Positions 1-12,764 of a stretch of 64,000 nucleotides of DNA are shown here, one piece after another. The stretch comes from Octopus sinensis. Taxonomy: Eukaryota. The position numbers and the translations under genes are program-made. The stretch is taken from assembly GCF_006345805.1 (NCBI RefSeq), contig NC_043005.1:72354001-72418000 (forward strand), written 5' to 3'. How positions within the stretch are numbered: the first letter of the stretch is position 1; each line of letters begins with the position of its first letter. Under the pieces are notes generated by a model. That model did not search any database. It was not told the DNA's origin and worked only from the letters and a program-made list of their open reading frames with translations.

Positions 1-47
1 CATACATACATACATACATACATTCATTCATTCATTCATTCATTCAT
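1..47. repeat. (CATA)n/(CATT)n tetranucleotide microsatellite
   Basis: Direct reading of the sequence. Confidence 0.95.
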
Positions 48-1042
48 TATGAATCCAGTAAAAGAGAAAATTCCTTGACCTGTAATATGTGTAAAAAAGT
101 AAATATTTGTATATTATTTTGAGATGAAAATATTGCAAAGACAAGATAAATTGAATCTAGTTGACGGAGAAAATTTTAAATTACTTCATAATTATTCAAA
201 TTAATGTAACTTGAACCAAGTGAACTTCTAATTAGAAAGTGGAATATTTAATCAAACTCTAGCATTGAAGTCAAAATCACGAAATGAAAAGCTAGTGTTT
301 GGGGAAATCCTAAAACATCTGTAAAGATTTGTAATTAATAATAAATCATTTATTTATTTTATAATATTTTTAAATGTTATTGACAAGTCATACTAGAAGC
401 GATGGCAGCAAGTGGGAAAAAAATATGGGGCAAGGTATTTCTCTATGTTGTTATGTTAGTTGGGGTGGGCTTTGCTGAACAAATAGCTAAGAAGATGATT
501 GATAGTTAGGAAGGGGACAATTTGAAAGTACTCATAAACCGAACGTCTGCAGAGAAAAACAGATGTAAAAATGTGATTAATGATGTTAATGACTGAAATA
601 AATAAGAAATAAATGTTAATTAGTTACATTAAAATTGATGGCAAGGAAGACAGTTGGGTGTATTTAACAAAGATTCAAGATGAATTAACATCTGCACACA
701 TTTCTTCCATCAATATATACTGTTGTGGTCGAGGTATACAGTGTCAAATGTAATGATTGATGGAGCCAGGATAAAATTCAGAAATAAAACAGTCAAAGGT
801 CACAGAACAAGATTATCAGCAACAATTCTATCACTGAGACATAAATTTTCTGTTGTTAATATGGGTGATGCTATTGATGCAAGTTGCAGCTACTTAAGTC
901 AGTGTATTAGAGATGAGCTTCTGAAAGAATTGTAATATTTTGTTTCAATGCTGCTAGATTTTTTCTTCAACATTATTATTACTAGCATCATGTTTTTGAT
1001 AGTAGCTGCTTTACCAATATGGTTTAAAACTTGACATTTTAA

Positions 1043-1366
1043 CCCTTTTGTGACCACATTTAAAGAAACAGACTGACAACGTGGTTTAATTACTTTTGAA
1101 AATAATCAAGAATTTAACGTAAGAACCTTTTGTTAGCTTACATTTCAAACACAAGCTTTAGAATGGAAAACAGAAAACAGTCGTTTTATTAAACAATTAA
1201 CTTTTTGTTTAGTTATAAAGCTAGTGTTTGGAACATAATATAACAATAGTTTCTCACATTAAATTCCAATGAAAGGTTTTAATTTTGAAATGAATAATTT
1301 AAAACATGTGGTTTTTATATTATAAAACCAAGGGTGGTCTCAAGCTGTTTGATATCAAAAAAGGGG
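1043..1366 (+). mobile_element. Degenerate piggyBac-like (TTAA) MITE
   Basis: TTAA-CCCTTTTGTGACC at the left end and GATATCAAAAAAGGGG-TTAA at the right end; interior resembles the copies at 21064 and 28576. Confidence 0.65.
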
Positions 1367-1564
1367 TTAAACCTTCTTAAAAATTAGTCATTATATAATA
1401 TTCAGTTTCTTATCTCTACTGCTTCAGCATTTATATACAAATAAAAAAAGTATATCTCTCTTTGTCCTTATCCCATAGTGTTTTATCTCTGAAAGACTGA
1501 TCTATTTGTTGGGTAAACATTAGTGATGTTTTTGCGATAGAAAACAAAATGTGATTTCATAATA

Positions 1565-1750
1565 CTTTTGCTACCACCCTGCCTGAATCTGCCCCTGGTT
1601 GGTTCAACGATACAAAATTTCTATTTTAAAGTGTTTTAAATTAAAATCTGAAATCAAAACTTCTAAGTTCTTTGACTAATTTCTTCATTGTTTCCAAAAT
1701 TAATTCAAACATAAGGAATGTATTTCAACAGAAATATGGTAACAAAAGGG
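1565..1750 (-). mobile_element. Partial piggyBac-like MITE, opposite orientation
   Basis: Ends TGGTAACAAAAGGG-TTAA; interior is the reverse complement of the family interior seen at 1043-1366. Confidence 0.55.
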
Positions 1751-1861
1751 TTAAAGTGACCTAAGTTTAAGCTTTCTGTCGAAATTTTACATTGATGGCA
1801 GCAAAGACAGTTGGGTATATTTCCAAACAGTAGCTTAATAATGACAGTTCTTTTACAGAAT

Positions 1862-2219
1862 TCATCATCATCATCATTTAACTTCCGCTTTCCATGCTAG
1901 AATGGGTTGGACGATTTGACTGACTCCAATCTGATCTGGCAGAGTTTCTACAACTGGATGCTCTTCCTAACGCCAACCACTCCGAGAGTGTAGTGGGTGC
2001 TTTTATGTGCCACCGACATGAGGGCCAATCAGGCAGTACTGGCAACAGCCATGCTCAAATGGTTCTTTGTATGTGCCACCTGCACAGGAGCCAGTCCAGC
2101 GGCACTGGCGATGACCTCGCTCGAATGTTTCACGTGCCACCAGCACAAGTGCTAGTAAGGCGACGCGGTAATGATCATGCTTGAATGGTGTGTTTAACGT
2201 GCATCGGCACGAAGGCCAA
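1862..2219 (-). mobile_element. 5'-truncated RTE LINE 3' UTR fragment with (ATG)n tail
   Basis: (CAT)n followed by TTTAACTTCCGCTTTCCATGCTAG...GGATGCTCTTCCTAACGCCAACC and ~60-bp GTGCCACC subrepeats; same sequence as the 3' end of the ORF2-linked copy at 3847-5818. Confidence 0.85.
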
Positions 2220-3454
2220 TAATGAATTCTTCATCATTTTGAAAAATAAATTGGATTAATGGCAGTCTTTTACATTAGAAATATAGTACGTATTTTATGC
2301 TTTAACCACTACTAAACAACTTGGGGTAACTTCCAGTCACAGCACCTTCATGGTTTAGAGCTCCACAATCTATAGCTCAACATTCCAGAGAGACCTTTTA
2401 CAAGATATTTATGGCTAAAATTTCTGATATACAAACCTTGATGACAATTCCTTACTGACATATATATTTCACTTACTTAGTCAAGCATTATGTTCAGGTT
2501 AGTGATAAGAACGTTTTGATTGGATATAATCACATGACTAACATCTTTTGGTTTTTCCACTTAGTTTTGTGTTGCCATTCCCTTCTGACTGATTGTTTGA
2601 TCAACAATACTAAGGTTTCTTGATGTATTGATACACCTCATTACATTTTCTTAAGGTTTTCATCCCTCATTTAATATAAAAATGTTCTGTAAGCATGAAA
2701 TGATACACATTATAAATGCCTCACTAACTCACAAAACAGTAATTTACTTCAAAAGATGTTCATAAAAAAAAGCTAATTAACAAACGACTTGCAGACATAA
2801 TCAGTTAAATAGGAACAAAAGAACAAAAACAGTCTATAATATACTAATATATTAAAAAATAAAAAAAAAATGAAACAGACCAAAATGAATGGTCAAACAA
2901 TATCATTAATCGTGTTGGTATTCATACTGATTTTTCTAAATAGAATTTTGTCATTAGCTTATCACACTTGAAAGGCAGACCACCTCGCCACATCAACCTA
3001 ATTCAGTTCAACAAGAATTCACTATTGATGTGGCTAGGTAAAATTTGGATTCCTTTGTATTTCTCTACTACGTATAATGCTATTAAATAATTCTTGATGT
3101 TTGAGATATGTTTGGTTCTTTGACATTATCATGATCTTCCTTTTCTATTAAATTGTTGTACTATTGAGCCTATAAGGGAGATTCGTACATATTCTTTTTT
3201 AAAAATATATTTTATATCACAACTGGCTGGTGAATGATAGTGAGCAAAACGGGAAGTTCACGGCATTTCAGACAATGAGTGTCACAGGGAAGTTTCTATA
3301 ACTCAATGCAGAACAAGTATCTCAAGTAGATTTATTTGTAAAACACCGTTTTTTTTTGTTTTTTTTAATTCATTAATGTTTATACTGCTAAGCGATATAA
3401 ACATACATGCACATTCACTAATAAATATTCATGTGAGGGTATGAATATATCTCT

Positions 3455-3497
3455 ATGTATATGCATGTGTATATGTATAAATGTTTGTGTGTGTGTT

Positions 3498-3531
<34 letters not shown>

Positions 3532-3846
3532 TACTATTTTATTTTACTTGTTTCAGTCATTTGACTGCATCTATATATACATATATGTATGTATAGATAT
3601 ATGCAGATATGCATGTGTGTATACAATATATGTGCATGTGTATATATATACACACCCATACATAAATCTTTGTTATATCTGTCTATTGTGTATATATTTT
3701 TTTGTTTTTCTATATATATATTTTATATATATATTTAATATAATATATATTAAATATATAATATTATATATATATATATATATTATATATAATTTAATAT
3801 TATATTATTTGTATGTAATATATATACTGTCTATATATATATATAT
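3455..3846. repeat. Compound (TA)n/(TG)n low-complexity tract
   Basis: Direct reading; it generates the spurious YIYI ORF. Confidence 0.9.
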
Positions 3847-5818
3847 ATCATCATCATCATCATCATCATCATTTAGCGTCCGTTTTCCATGCTAGCATGG
3901 GTTTGACGGTTCAACTGGGGTCTGGGGAGCCCGAAGGCTGCACCAGGCCAGTCAGATCTGGCAGTGTTTCTACAGCTGGATGCCCTTCCTAACGCCAACC
4001 ACTCCGAGAGTGTAGTGGGTGATTTTATGTGCCACCGACACAGGGCCAGACGAGGCTGGCGAACGGCCACGCTCGGATGGTGTTTTTATGTGCCACCGAC
4101 ACAGGTGCCAGACGGGGCTGGCAGACGGCCACGCTCGGATGGTGTTTTTATGTGCCACCGACACAGGTGCCAGATGAGGCTGGCAGGTGCCAGACGAGGC
4201 TGGCAGACGGCCACGCTCGGATGGTGTTTTTATGTGCCACCGACAACAGGTGCCAGATGAGGCTGGCGGACGGCCACGATCGGATGGTGTTTGTTACGTC
4301 CCCAAAGCACGGAGGCCAGTCTATGCGGTACTGCTACGGCCACGTTCGGATGATTTTCTTGTGTGCCACCGGCACTGGTACCACAAAGATACAAATTCCA
4401 TTTATGTTCATCTATTTTGATTGTTTTTATTTGATTTGATTTTCACTTGCCTCAACAGGTCTTCACAAGTGTCACTTGCCTCAACAGGTCTTCACAAGTG
4501 TTACAAGAAGGAAGGTATGCACAGGTGACTGTCTACGTCGCCGGGTCTTTCGGAGGTGTCTTTATATGTGCCACCGACACAGTGCCAGATGTGGCTGGCG
4601 AACGGCCACGACGGATGGTTTTCTTGTGTGCCGCCGGTACTGGACCACAAAGATACAAATTCCATTGATGTTCATCTATTTTGATTGGTTTGATTTTCAC
4701 TTGCCTCAACAGGTCTTCACAAGTGTCACGCGTGTCACACACTTGCCTCAACAGGTCTCCACAAGTGTCACACACTTGCCTCTGCCTCAACAGGTCTTCA
4801 CAAGTGTCACACACTTGCCTCTGCCTCAACAGGTCTTCACAAGTGTCATAAGAGGGAAGGTATGCACAGGTGGACTGACTACGTCGCCGGGTCTTTGGAT
4901 GGTGTTTTTATGTGCCACCGACACAGGTGCCAGGTGAGGCTGGCGAACGGCCACGATCAGATGGTGTTTGTTGTGCCCACAGCACGGAGGCCAGTCGATG
5001 CGGTACCAGCTACGGCCACTTCGGATGGTTTTCTTGTGTGCCACCGGTACTGGAACCACAAAGATACAATTCCATTGATATTCATCTATTTTGATTGGTT
5101 TGATTTCACTTGCCTCAACAGGTCTTCACAAGTGTCACACACTTGCCTCAACAGGTCTTCACAAGTGTCATAAGAGGGAAGGTATGCCAGTGGACTGACT
5201 ACGTCGCCGGGTCTTCGATGGTGTCTTTATGTGCCACCGGCACAGGTGCCAGGAGGCTGGCGAACGGCCACGATCGGATGGTGTTTGTTGTGCCCACAGC
5301 ACGGAGGCCAGTCGATGCGGTACTGGTTACGGCCACGTTTGGGTGTTTTCTTGTGTGCCACCGGCACTGGTACACAAAGAATACAATTCACTGATGTTCA
5401 TCTATTTTGATTTGTTTTGATTTGATTTGATTTTCACTTGCCTCAACAGGTCTTCATAAGTGTCACAAGAAGGAAGGTATGCACAGGACTGACTACGTCC
5501 CAGGTCGGGGCCACGGGTTATGGCCTGACTAGTCTTGCCGGGTCTTCTCATGCACAGCATATTCCATAGGTCTCGGTCTCTAGACATTTCCTTAGTGAGA
5601 CCTAAAGTTCGAAGGTCGTGCTTCACCCACCTCGTCCCAGGTTTTCCTGGGTCTACCTCTTCCACAGGTTCCCTCCACTGCTAGGGTGTAGCACTTTTGC
5701 CACAACTATCTTCAGCCTTTCTTGTCACATGACCATACCAGCGCAGCCGTCTCTCTTGCACGCCACAACTGACGCTTCTTAGGTTCAGCTTTTCTCTCAA
5801 GGAACTTACACTCTGACG
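3847..5818 (-). mobile_element. 5'-truncated RTE-clade LINE with ORF2 C-terminus and internally reiterated 3' UTR
   Basis: Minus strand: ORF2 tail (5818-5529), then 3' UTR with ~60-bp minisatellite and three extra ~320-350 bp higher-order blocks, ending in an (ATG)n tail at 3847. Confidence 0.9.
5529..5818 (-). pseudogene. RTE ORF2 (reverse transcriptase C-terminal region) remnant, frameshifted
   Basis: Translates across frameshifts to RQSVSSLREKLNLRSVSCGVQERRLRWYGHVTRKAEDSC..YTLAVEGTCGRGRPRKTWDEV.KHDLRTLGLTKEMSRDRDLW..AVHEKTRQD*. RLRWYGHV and GRGRPRKTW are canonical RTE C-terminal motifs; TAG at 5531-5529. Confidence 0.9.
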
Positions 5819-5846
5819 ATTATTATATATATATATTATTATATAT

Positions 5847-5948
5847 TCATCATCATCATCATCATCATTAGCGTCCGTTTTCCATGCTAGCATGGGTTGG
5901 ACGGTTCTACTGGGGTCTGTGAAGCCAGAAGGCTTCATCAGCCCAGTC
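5847..5948 (-). mobile_element. Short RTE 3' end fragment
   Basis: (CAT)n-TAGCGTCCGTTTTCCATGCTAGCATGGGTTGGACGG, nearly identical to 3847-3950. Confidence 0.85.
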
Positions 5949-5994
5949 ATAATATAATATTATATATTTGTATATAATATATATACTGTCTATA

Positions 5995-6034
<40 letters not shown>

Positions 6035-7040
6035 GTATGTATATATATATATAATATATGTATGTATACTTATATCCAGTGGATTTCCACCCAGTTCCCA
6101 TAAGTTCCCATAAGCTAATTAGGATTACAACTTGAGGCTATGGTAAAAAGAGATTTGCAGATTTGCCCCATGAACAACACACACTGGGATCAAACATGGG
6201 ACCCAACTTTTGTGAAAAGAACTTTTTTAACCACACAGCCATGCCTTGTCTATGCACGGAATTATATCTACAGAAAGTAAATTTACTCAAAGAGAGACCT
6301 ACATTACTGCATTCCAGCAGCAAACATGATTGCAGAGATAGCTTTACTAATGTGCTTTTAGTGAACGGATACAAAAAGAACTGGAAATATAAATGGTTTG
6401 TAAAGCAGATTAGCTGCGATATTTTGTTGATTTCTGAATAAAGTGAGGATTGGTGAAATTAAAGCTATTGTGAAGGAAATTTGTTGAGAAAAATGGCTAC
6501 TTTACACTCTAATCTCTAGATTTGCCAAAAGATCAAGAAAAGCTTTGATTCTAGCTAGATAGCTATATTTATTTTTCTATGGCAAACCTTATTGGAAAAT
6601 ACACAATGCAGATTTATTCCATTTTTTTCCTGCGTTTTTTGGCTTTTTTTCAAACAAAATAGTTGGCACTATAATGGAATTATTTAATGTTTTTTAATCT
6701 ATTTTCCTATGGTCATATATATGTTGGATGGCGATTCCTGTGATAAGGTTTTGGTCACTAGCAGTCCTGCCATATATAAACTTAACAGATTATTTTTTTA
6801 TTTTTAAGAATAGCTGATGGATTGGGTGTTTTACTGCTGCAATTTCTTTCTCATGTCAACTACTCCATTGAATTGCTAACTGAAGAAGAAAGACTGTGAA
6901 CTTGGCTGTTTTATTTTTTATTTATGGCAGAGTTTTACAGCTTTTAGTATGGACCAATTCCGTATCTGATATACCTTTTGTATATTTCTATGCAACTACT
7001 GTCTCATACAGTATGTATACGTGTGTGTGTATTATACATT

Positions 7041-7080
<40 letters not shown>

Positions 7081-8307
7081 AGTCCCTTTTTAAAGTAGAA
7101 GAAATAGCTAAGGTTCTTTGGCTGCTATTTCTAAACTTCGGTATGTGGTAAAGCAAATTTTTGCTGAACCCTAATTATAAAGTGTTACTTAAGTTTACCG
7201 TGAAATGGTCCTTTTTCATGCCGAATTCTACTTGGTGAAATTATTGATTACTTCTTAATTAATTTTACCCTTTGTTATTATATATATATAGATATACATA
7301 GATATATATATTGAATTAGTGCTTAGACATTATAAAATATATCCACGATATATATCCACTGAATTGAAGAGCTGAATTATTAATATATCGTTAAACTTTA
7401 ATATATTAATATTAGAATGCTATAATCATAAATGAGATTAGTTTGCATATATGGATAAATTGGCTAAAACGAATGTTCGCAATAACATATTTAGAATAAT
7501 AAATTGCCAAGATTTCACAGATGTTTCATAGTTAGGCTATAAGGCCTACAGCTGTTTCCATAGTTAGAGTCCTAACATTTTCTCTCATATAATTCCATAA
7601 TTAATATATAAAAATACATATTTAATTAATTTTGATGAGATGGTTAAAGCATTTCATCAGGAAATAAAAGTGAAATATGACAATCAAACACTGTTTCATT
7701 ATTTAATAATGTATTTTTATATATTAATTATGTAAGGGAATCTTTTTTCATTGCACAAGTAATGTGTTCCTAATAAACTTGCCATAATGCAAAATTCTGT
7801 AATACAAATTTAATTTTCTCATTGATTTTCATGTTGTAAGATGAAAATGCTTTCCAATGGATATTCAAAAAATAAAAGATAAAACGGAAAAGAGTAACAT
7901 GTCCAGTATTGTGCATGAAAATAACAGTTTCTAAATATGCACAGTGCAATATGAATGCATAAAAATATTTGAAGTGAAACACATAAGGGAATGAAGAAGA
8001 ATTGGAATATTATACTACAATACATACCGCAAAAGATGTTGATTACAATCTGAAGAATGGTGGTTGAATGAGGGTTACTGGAAAGATGAGGAGCACTATC
8101 TGCTGTCTTACAGTTCATCATCAACATCTGCTTGAGAAGTGAAGAACGTACCAAAACTTGTTTGATGTTTGTGGCACTGATCAGTGTAGGAGCTGAAGTA
8201 ATTTTTAACTCTGTTATTTTTCTGTTACATTTTTAATGAAGGTTGTTGCCAGCTAAGGTTGTACCCATTCCCCTCTAAGTACCAACCCTTTATTAATATT
8301 TTTTGCA

Positions 8308-8565
8308 GTCACTGCCTTGACTGGCTTCCATGCCGGTGGCACGTAAAAAGCACCAACTGATCGTGACCATTGCCAGCCTCTACTGGCACCTGTGCTGGTG
8401 GCATGTAAAAAGCACTCACTACACTCACAGAGTGGTTGGCATTAGGAAGGGCATCCAGCTGTAGAAACACTGCCAGATCAGACTGGAGCCTGGTGCAGCC
8501 TCCTGGCTTCCCAGACCCTGATCGAACCGTCCAACCCATGCTAGCTTGGAAAACGGACGATGATG
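8308..8565 (+). mobile_element. RTE 3' UTR fragment
   Basis: GGTGGCACGTAAAAAGCACC subrepeats, AGGAAGGGCATCCAGCTGTAGAAAC, ends CCCATGCTAGCTTGGAAAACGGACGATGATG. Confidence 0.85.
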
Positions 8566-8789
8566 TAGTTGGTGGAATTTCCATATTTTTATTTGTATTC
8601 TCAGTGTGTTCAAAGAGCATCGGCTCCTCATTAGATAAACTTCTTTAAGAGGCATTCACATCATTATTTTTGACTTCTTAAAAGCCTCCATCATTTTTAA
8701 GCGTCACTACATCTTTCTGAACTTCAAGCACACTTTCTACTTGTGGAAAACTTGTAAAGTCATGGATTTTGTTTGCTCCCTTTTTTTTA

Positions 8790-9072
8790 CTTTTTTGATC
8801 CATGAACACATATCAAGTAACTCATTAGATCTATGAAAATATAAGATCTGAGCAGCTGATAGGGTAGCTTCTTTAGCCATTGACATAATATTCTTTCTAG
8901 TGTCACATATTTTCCTCAGTGTAGTTGTTGCAGACTTTAATATCTTAGCAATGTGGCTAATCTTGCATTAAATGTTTTTCAAAACATCGAGTTTAATATC
9001 CAATGTAATCCTTTTACAGTTTCTTTTCATTCTACTCTCCTCAGTTCTACTTGATGGCTTCTTTCCAAACAT
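8790..9072 (-). pseudogene. pogo/Tigger-like transposase N-terminal (CENP-B-type HTH) remnant
   Basis: Minus frame reads MFGKKPSS...KRNCKRITLDIKLDVLKNI*CKISHIAKILKSATTTLRKICDTRKNIMSMAKEA...RSNELLDMCSWIKK, matching the KRxxITLxxKLxVI..IA..L..T..TI..K..I HTH pattern; one in-frame stop. Confidence 0.7.
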
Positions 9073-9402
9073 CTTGAATTGCAGGTAAATCCAACAGTGC
9101 CAGCAATCAACAATTATGGCTAATAATATGTAGTAAAAATATAACACCAATAAACAACTGCTTTATGAGAGCAAAAAAATGTTGTAATTTTATTCAGCAG
9201 AATATACGTCATTGATTGGTTGAAATTACCAAAATAGGCCTACTTTAGCCTTTAGCATGAAATTACTTCGTAAATATAAAGTTTTCTCAAAAATGCTAAG
9301 AGTAAAACATGTTCTGTATGACACATTCTACCAGTGTTTGAAATTTGAAAGTGTTTAATTACAAAAAATTATTTTAAAATCTGTACGTCAAAAGGTAAAG
9401 AT

Positions 9403-9483
<81 letters not shown>

Positions 9484-9894
9484 ATGTGTGTGTGTATAAA
9501 CCTTTTTAAATAAGAAAATGAAGAAAATGTATAGAAAATTACAGTTTCTATAGAACGCTTGCATTAAGAAGAAACTAACACTTCTGAGTTTGCCATAGGT
9601 TAGCCTATAGATCATTAACTATCTTCCTTTTGAAATTCTCCCTGAGGATATACCCAATTCACTGATTTTGAATATGGAATTTTTATTTCTGAAATTAAAG
9701 AATTGTGTATGGAAACAGCTGTAGGTAGGAATTTCTATGTATGAATTTGACTGTCTTTAAATAAAAACAAAACATCTGTACGTAAATTCTAATCCATTTA
9801 CTTCATTTTCTTATTTAAAAAGGTTTATTTAAATAGCTATAATTTAGCTCCTTGACTAATTAAATGAAATTGAATTATATCAAAATCAAATTCG

Positions 9895-10363
9895 ATGACT
9901 GGCATCCGTGCTAGTGGAGCACTAAGAGTACCGTATGAGTGTGATCGTTGCCAAAGCAACAAGCTGGCCTCCATGCTGATGGCACGTAAAAAACACCATT
10001 CGAGTGTGATCATTACCCGTGTTGCCTTACTGGCACTTGTGCTGGTGGCACATGAAAAAACATTCAAGCGAGGTCATTGCCAGTGCCGCTAGATTGGCTC
10101 CTGTGCAGGTGGCACATAAAAAGCACCATTTGAGCATGGCTGTTGCCAGTACTGCCTGACTGGCCCTCGTGTCGGTGGCATGTAAAAGCACCCACTACAC
10201 TCTCGGAGTTGTTGGCATTAGGGAGAGCATTCAGCTGTAGAAACTCTGCCAGATCAGATTGGAGTCTGGTGCAGCCATCTGGTTTGCTAGTCCTCGGTCA
10301 AATCATCCTACCCATGCTAGCATGGAAAGCGGATGTTAAACGATGATGATGATGATGATGATG
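9895..10363 (+). mobile_element. RTE 3' UTR fragment with (GAT)n tail
   Basis: Several GGTGGCACGTAAAAA subrepeats, CCCATGCTAGCATGGAAAGCGGATGTTAAA then (GAT)7. Confidence 0.85.
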
Positions 10364-10759
10364 GTGTGTGTGTGTATGTGTGTGTGTGTGTAGTGTTTCT
10401 TGTGTGCACTTTTACATGTATGACTGCTACTAACGAGTTCAGAACTCCAAGTTGAGTATTATCACTCAGTCTACCCCCAATGATGTGGTGTAATCACTTA
10501 TGTACTGAGCAGTATTATCAGTTATGATATTCAGAGCAGACACAATTATGATACACACATATTTGTATCCTCTGTAGTGGATGCAACAAGTGCAGTTGGA
10601 TTCTGCACCACAACAGTTCATCAGGGAAACACGTTATTGTATTATGTTACATAGATCAAATACTTGAAGGTGAGCAGATAACAAAACTTTTTATAAGTAT
10701 GTTGAAAGGAAAATAGAGAGCAAATGATTTAATCTGTGTCTTTTTTTTTTGTTATACAT

Positions 10760-11111
10760 TTGCTTACACACACACAAGCACATATATATGTGTGTGTGTG
10801 TGTGAGTGTGCATGTGTGTACATATGTAGATAGATATTTATATTTGTACATTCTTGTACAAATATATATATATAAATGTATATATGTGTGTGTGTGTGTA
10901 TGTATATATATATATATGTGTGTGTGTGTGTATGTGTGTATGTATATGTATGCATATATATATATATATATATTTGTGTTTATATATAAATATATATGTA
11001 TGTATTATATATATATGTATATATATATGTATTTATATATATGTATATATATATATATATATACATATATATACACACATTTATGTACCTACACACAAAC
11101 ATATACATACT

Positions 11112-11147
<36 letters not shown>

Positions 11148-11175
11148 TGTACCTACACACAAACATATACGTACT

Positions 11176-11241
<66 letters not shown>

Positions 11242-11265
11242 TACATGTACATATATACATACATA
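10760..11265. repeat. Compound (TA)n/(TG)n/(GATA)n microsatellite tract
   Basis: Direct reading. Confidence 0.9.
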
Positions 11266-11644
11266 GATCAAAAATTGTACGTACGTTTGCTCTCTCCATA
11301 CTTTCATAAGTTTGCTAAATTTGCAGTCGTCGTATATTTCATTGGTGAATGCCAAATCTCTGAAGCTATTTTTTACTCACTTTCTCTCCAATCTCTACTT
11401 TTTACCATTTTTATCAATGGCGATATTTATAGAGTGTTTACTCACAGGCATACGTGTATTTTTATAGTATATTTTACAAAATAGTTGGTCTATAAGGTTG
11501 CTTGGTGGCTTATATTTCTTGCTGTCATTACCAGGGAAGATAATTTAGTTGTCATACTCTTGGGATCTGATAAAAATAGTTAAGAGTTATATACTGTCGT
11601 GTATCAATCAATAGTATCCCTTGGGAGTACTCACTACCTAAGGA

Positions 11645-11711
11645 ATGACATATATATGTATATATAATATATATATATATATTATATATATATATATAAT
11701 ATATATATACA

Positions 11712-11781
<70 letters not shown>

Positions 11782-11850
11782 TATATATATATATACATAC
11801 ACATACATACAAGTATACATACACAGGTATATATATATATATATACATAT
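11645..11850. repeat. (TA)n/(CATA)n microsatellite tract
   Basis: Direct reading. Confidence 0.9.
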
Positions 11851-12310
11851 GAGGCATTCATACATAAATGTAGGCACAGAATTAGCTGTATGGTTAGTAA
11901 GTTTGTTTTTCAACCAGTTGGTTATGGGTTCAGTACTACTGGTTGGTCTAATATAAACCCAGGTTCACTAAAGCTTTGTGAGTAGATTAGATAAATGGAA
12001 ACTAACAGAAGCACATCATATATATGTATGTATATATATATATAATATATATATATAATATATATATATATATATCGAGAGAGAGAGAGAGGTTATGAGA
12101 GGTAATGGTGTCAATAAGACCCAAAGGTGACAGGTAATGCTGAGTAAGTGCTATGGATAGACTATATGATTAAGCTCCAGGTTCGGTGATTATGTGAATG
12201 AGGAGTCCAACATAGGTCATATTTCAGCATGTGTATATATATATAAAAATTTCCAGAATGAGATAAAAATCCAAGGCTGTGAAAGATTTTAGAACATTTA
12301 TAAATAGAAG

Positions 12311-12358
12311 GTCTTACAGCTGTTTCTGGGATATTATATATATCCCTTCATCGGAGAC
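12311..12358 (-). ncRNA. Minimal type I hammerhead ribozyme-like motif (Penelope-like element terminus)
   Basis: Minus strand: GUCU-CCGAUGA-A-GGGAUAU(AUAUA)AUAUCCC-A-GAAA-CAGCUG-UA-AGAC. Stem I GUCU/AGAC, 7-bp stem II, palindromic stem III; the core carries U4C. Confidence 0.7.
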
Positions 12359-12764
12359 GGCGCAAGAAAATGGTTATGCAATAGTTATTCTAGATAAGAT
12401 ACGAAATAGGGAGTGAAGTGGAGGAATGAAAATAGATGTGAGATATGTAGAGATATTGCATTTGTAGATCCATTATTTAGACATATAAGATTCCAGTTCC
12501 TTGTGAGTAAGTTCCAATAGTATTTAAAATTGGTCATTCCAAGTATAGTGGATTTTCTCTATCACTCTCACCTCCCCATGCCTTCTATCAATTTATCTTG
12601 ACTGACCACTAACCAGTACACTTTTCCTCTCTTCATTGCTTTTCTTTTTTTCTTTTTTCTTTTTTCTTTTAATTTTCTTTGTTCCTCTCTTAATTTTTAG
12701 ATTTGACCTTACAAATACATTCCCAACCTTTAAGTCACTTTAAATAAAACCTTCGATTCAATAA

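Noticed and set aside
723-935. 70-aa ORF starting at a non-ATG codon
   Set aside because: No recognisable domain or splice context; length is within chance expectation.
634-1822. ~32-bp direct repeat ATTGATGGCA..AAGACAGTTGGGT.TATTT at 634-665 and 1791-1822
   Set aside because: Too short and without LTR, TSD or other hallmarks; probably remnants of an old repeat or local duplication.
3964-5420. Overlapping ORFs on both strands (MCHRHR.., FYVPPT..)
   Set aside because: They fall in the GC-rich RTE 3' UTR minisatellite downstream of the ORF2 stop; open frames follow from repeat periodicity.
4020-5480. CRISPR-like appearance of ~29-bp hairpin repeats and ~60-bp units
   Set aside because: Intervening sequences are themselves repeated rather than unique spacers, no cas genes, eukaryotic context, and the array is part of an RTE UTR.
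7547-9723. GAAACAGCTGTA half-motifs at 7547-7558 (minus) and 9712-9723 (plus)
   Set aside because: Stem III and GAAA match hammerhead family A but no CUGANGA box is present at a suitable distance; decayed remnants at best.
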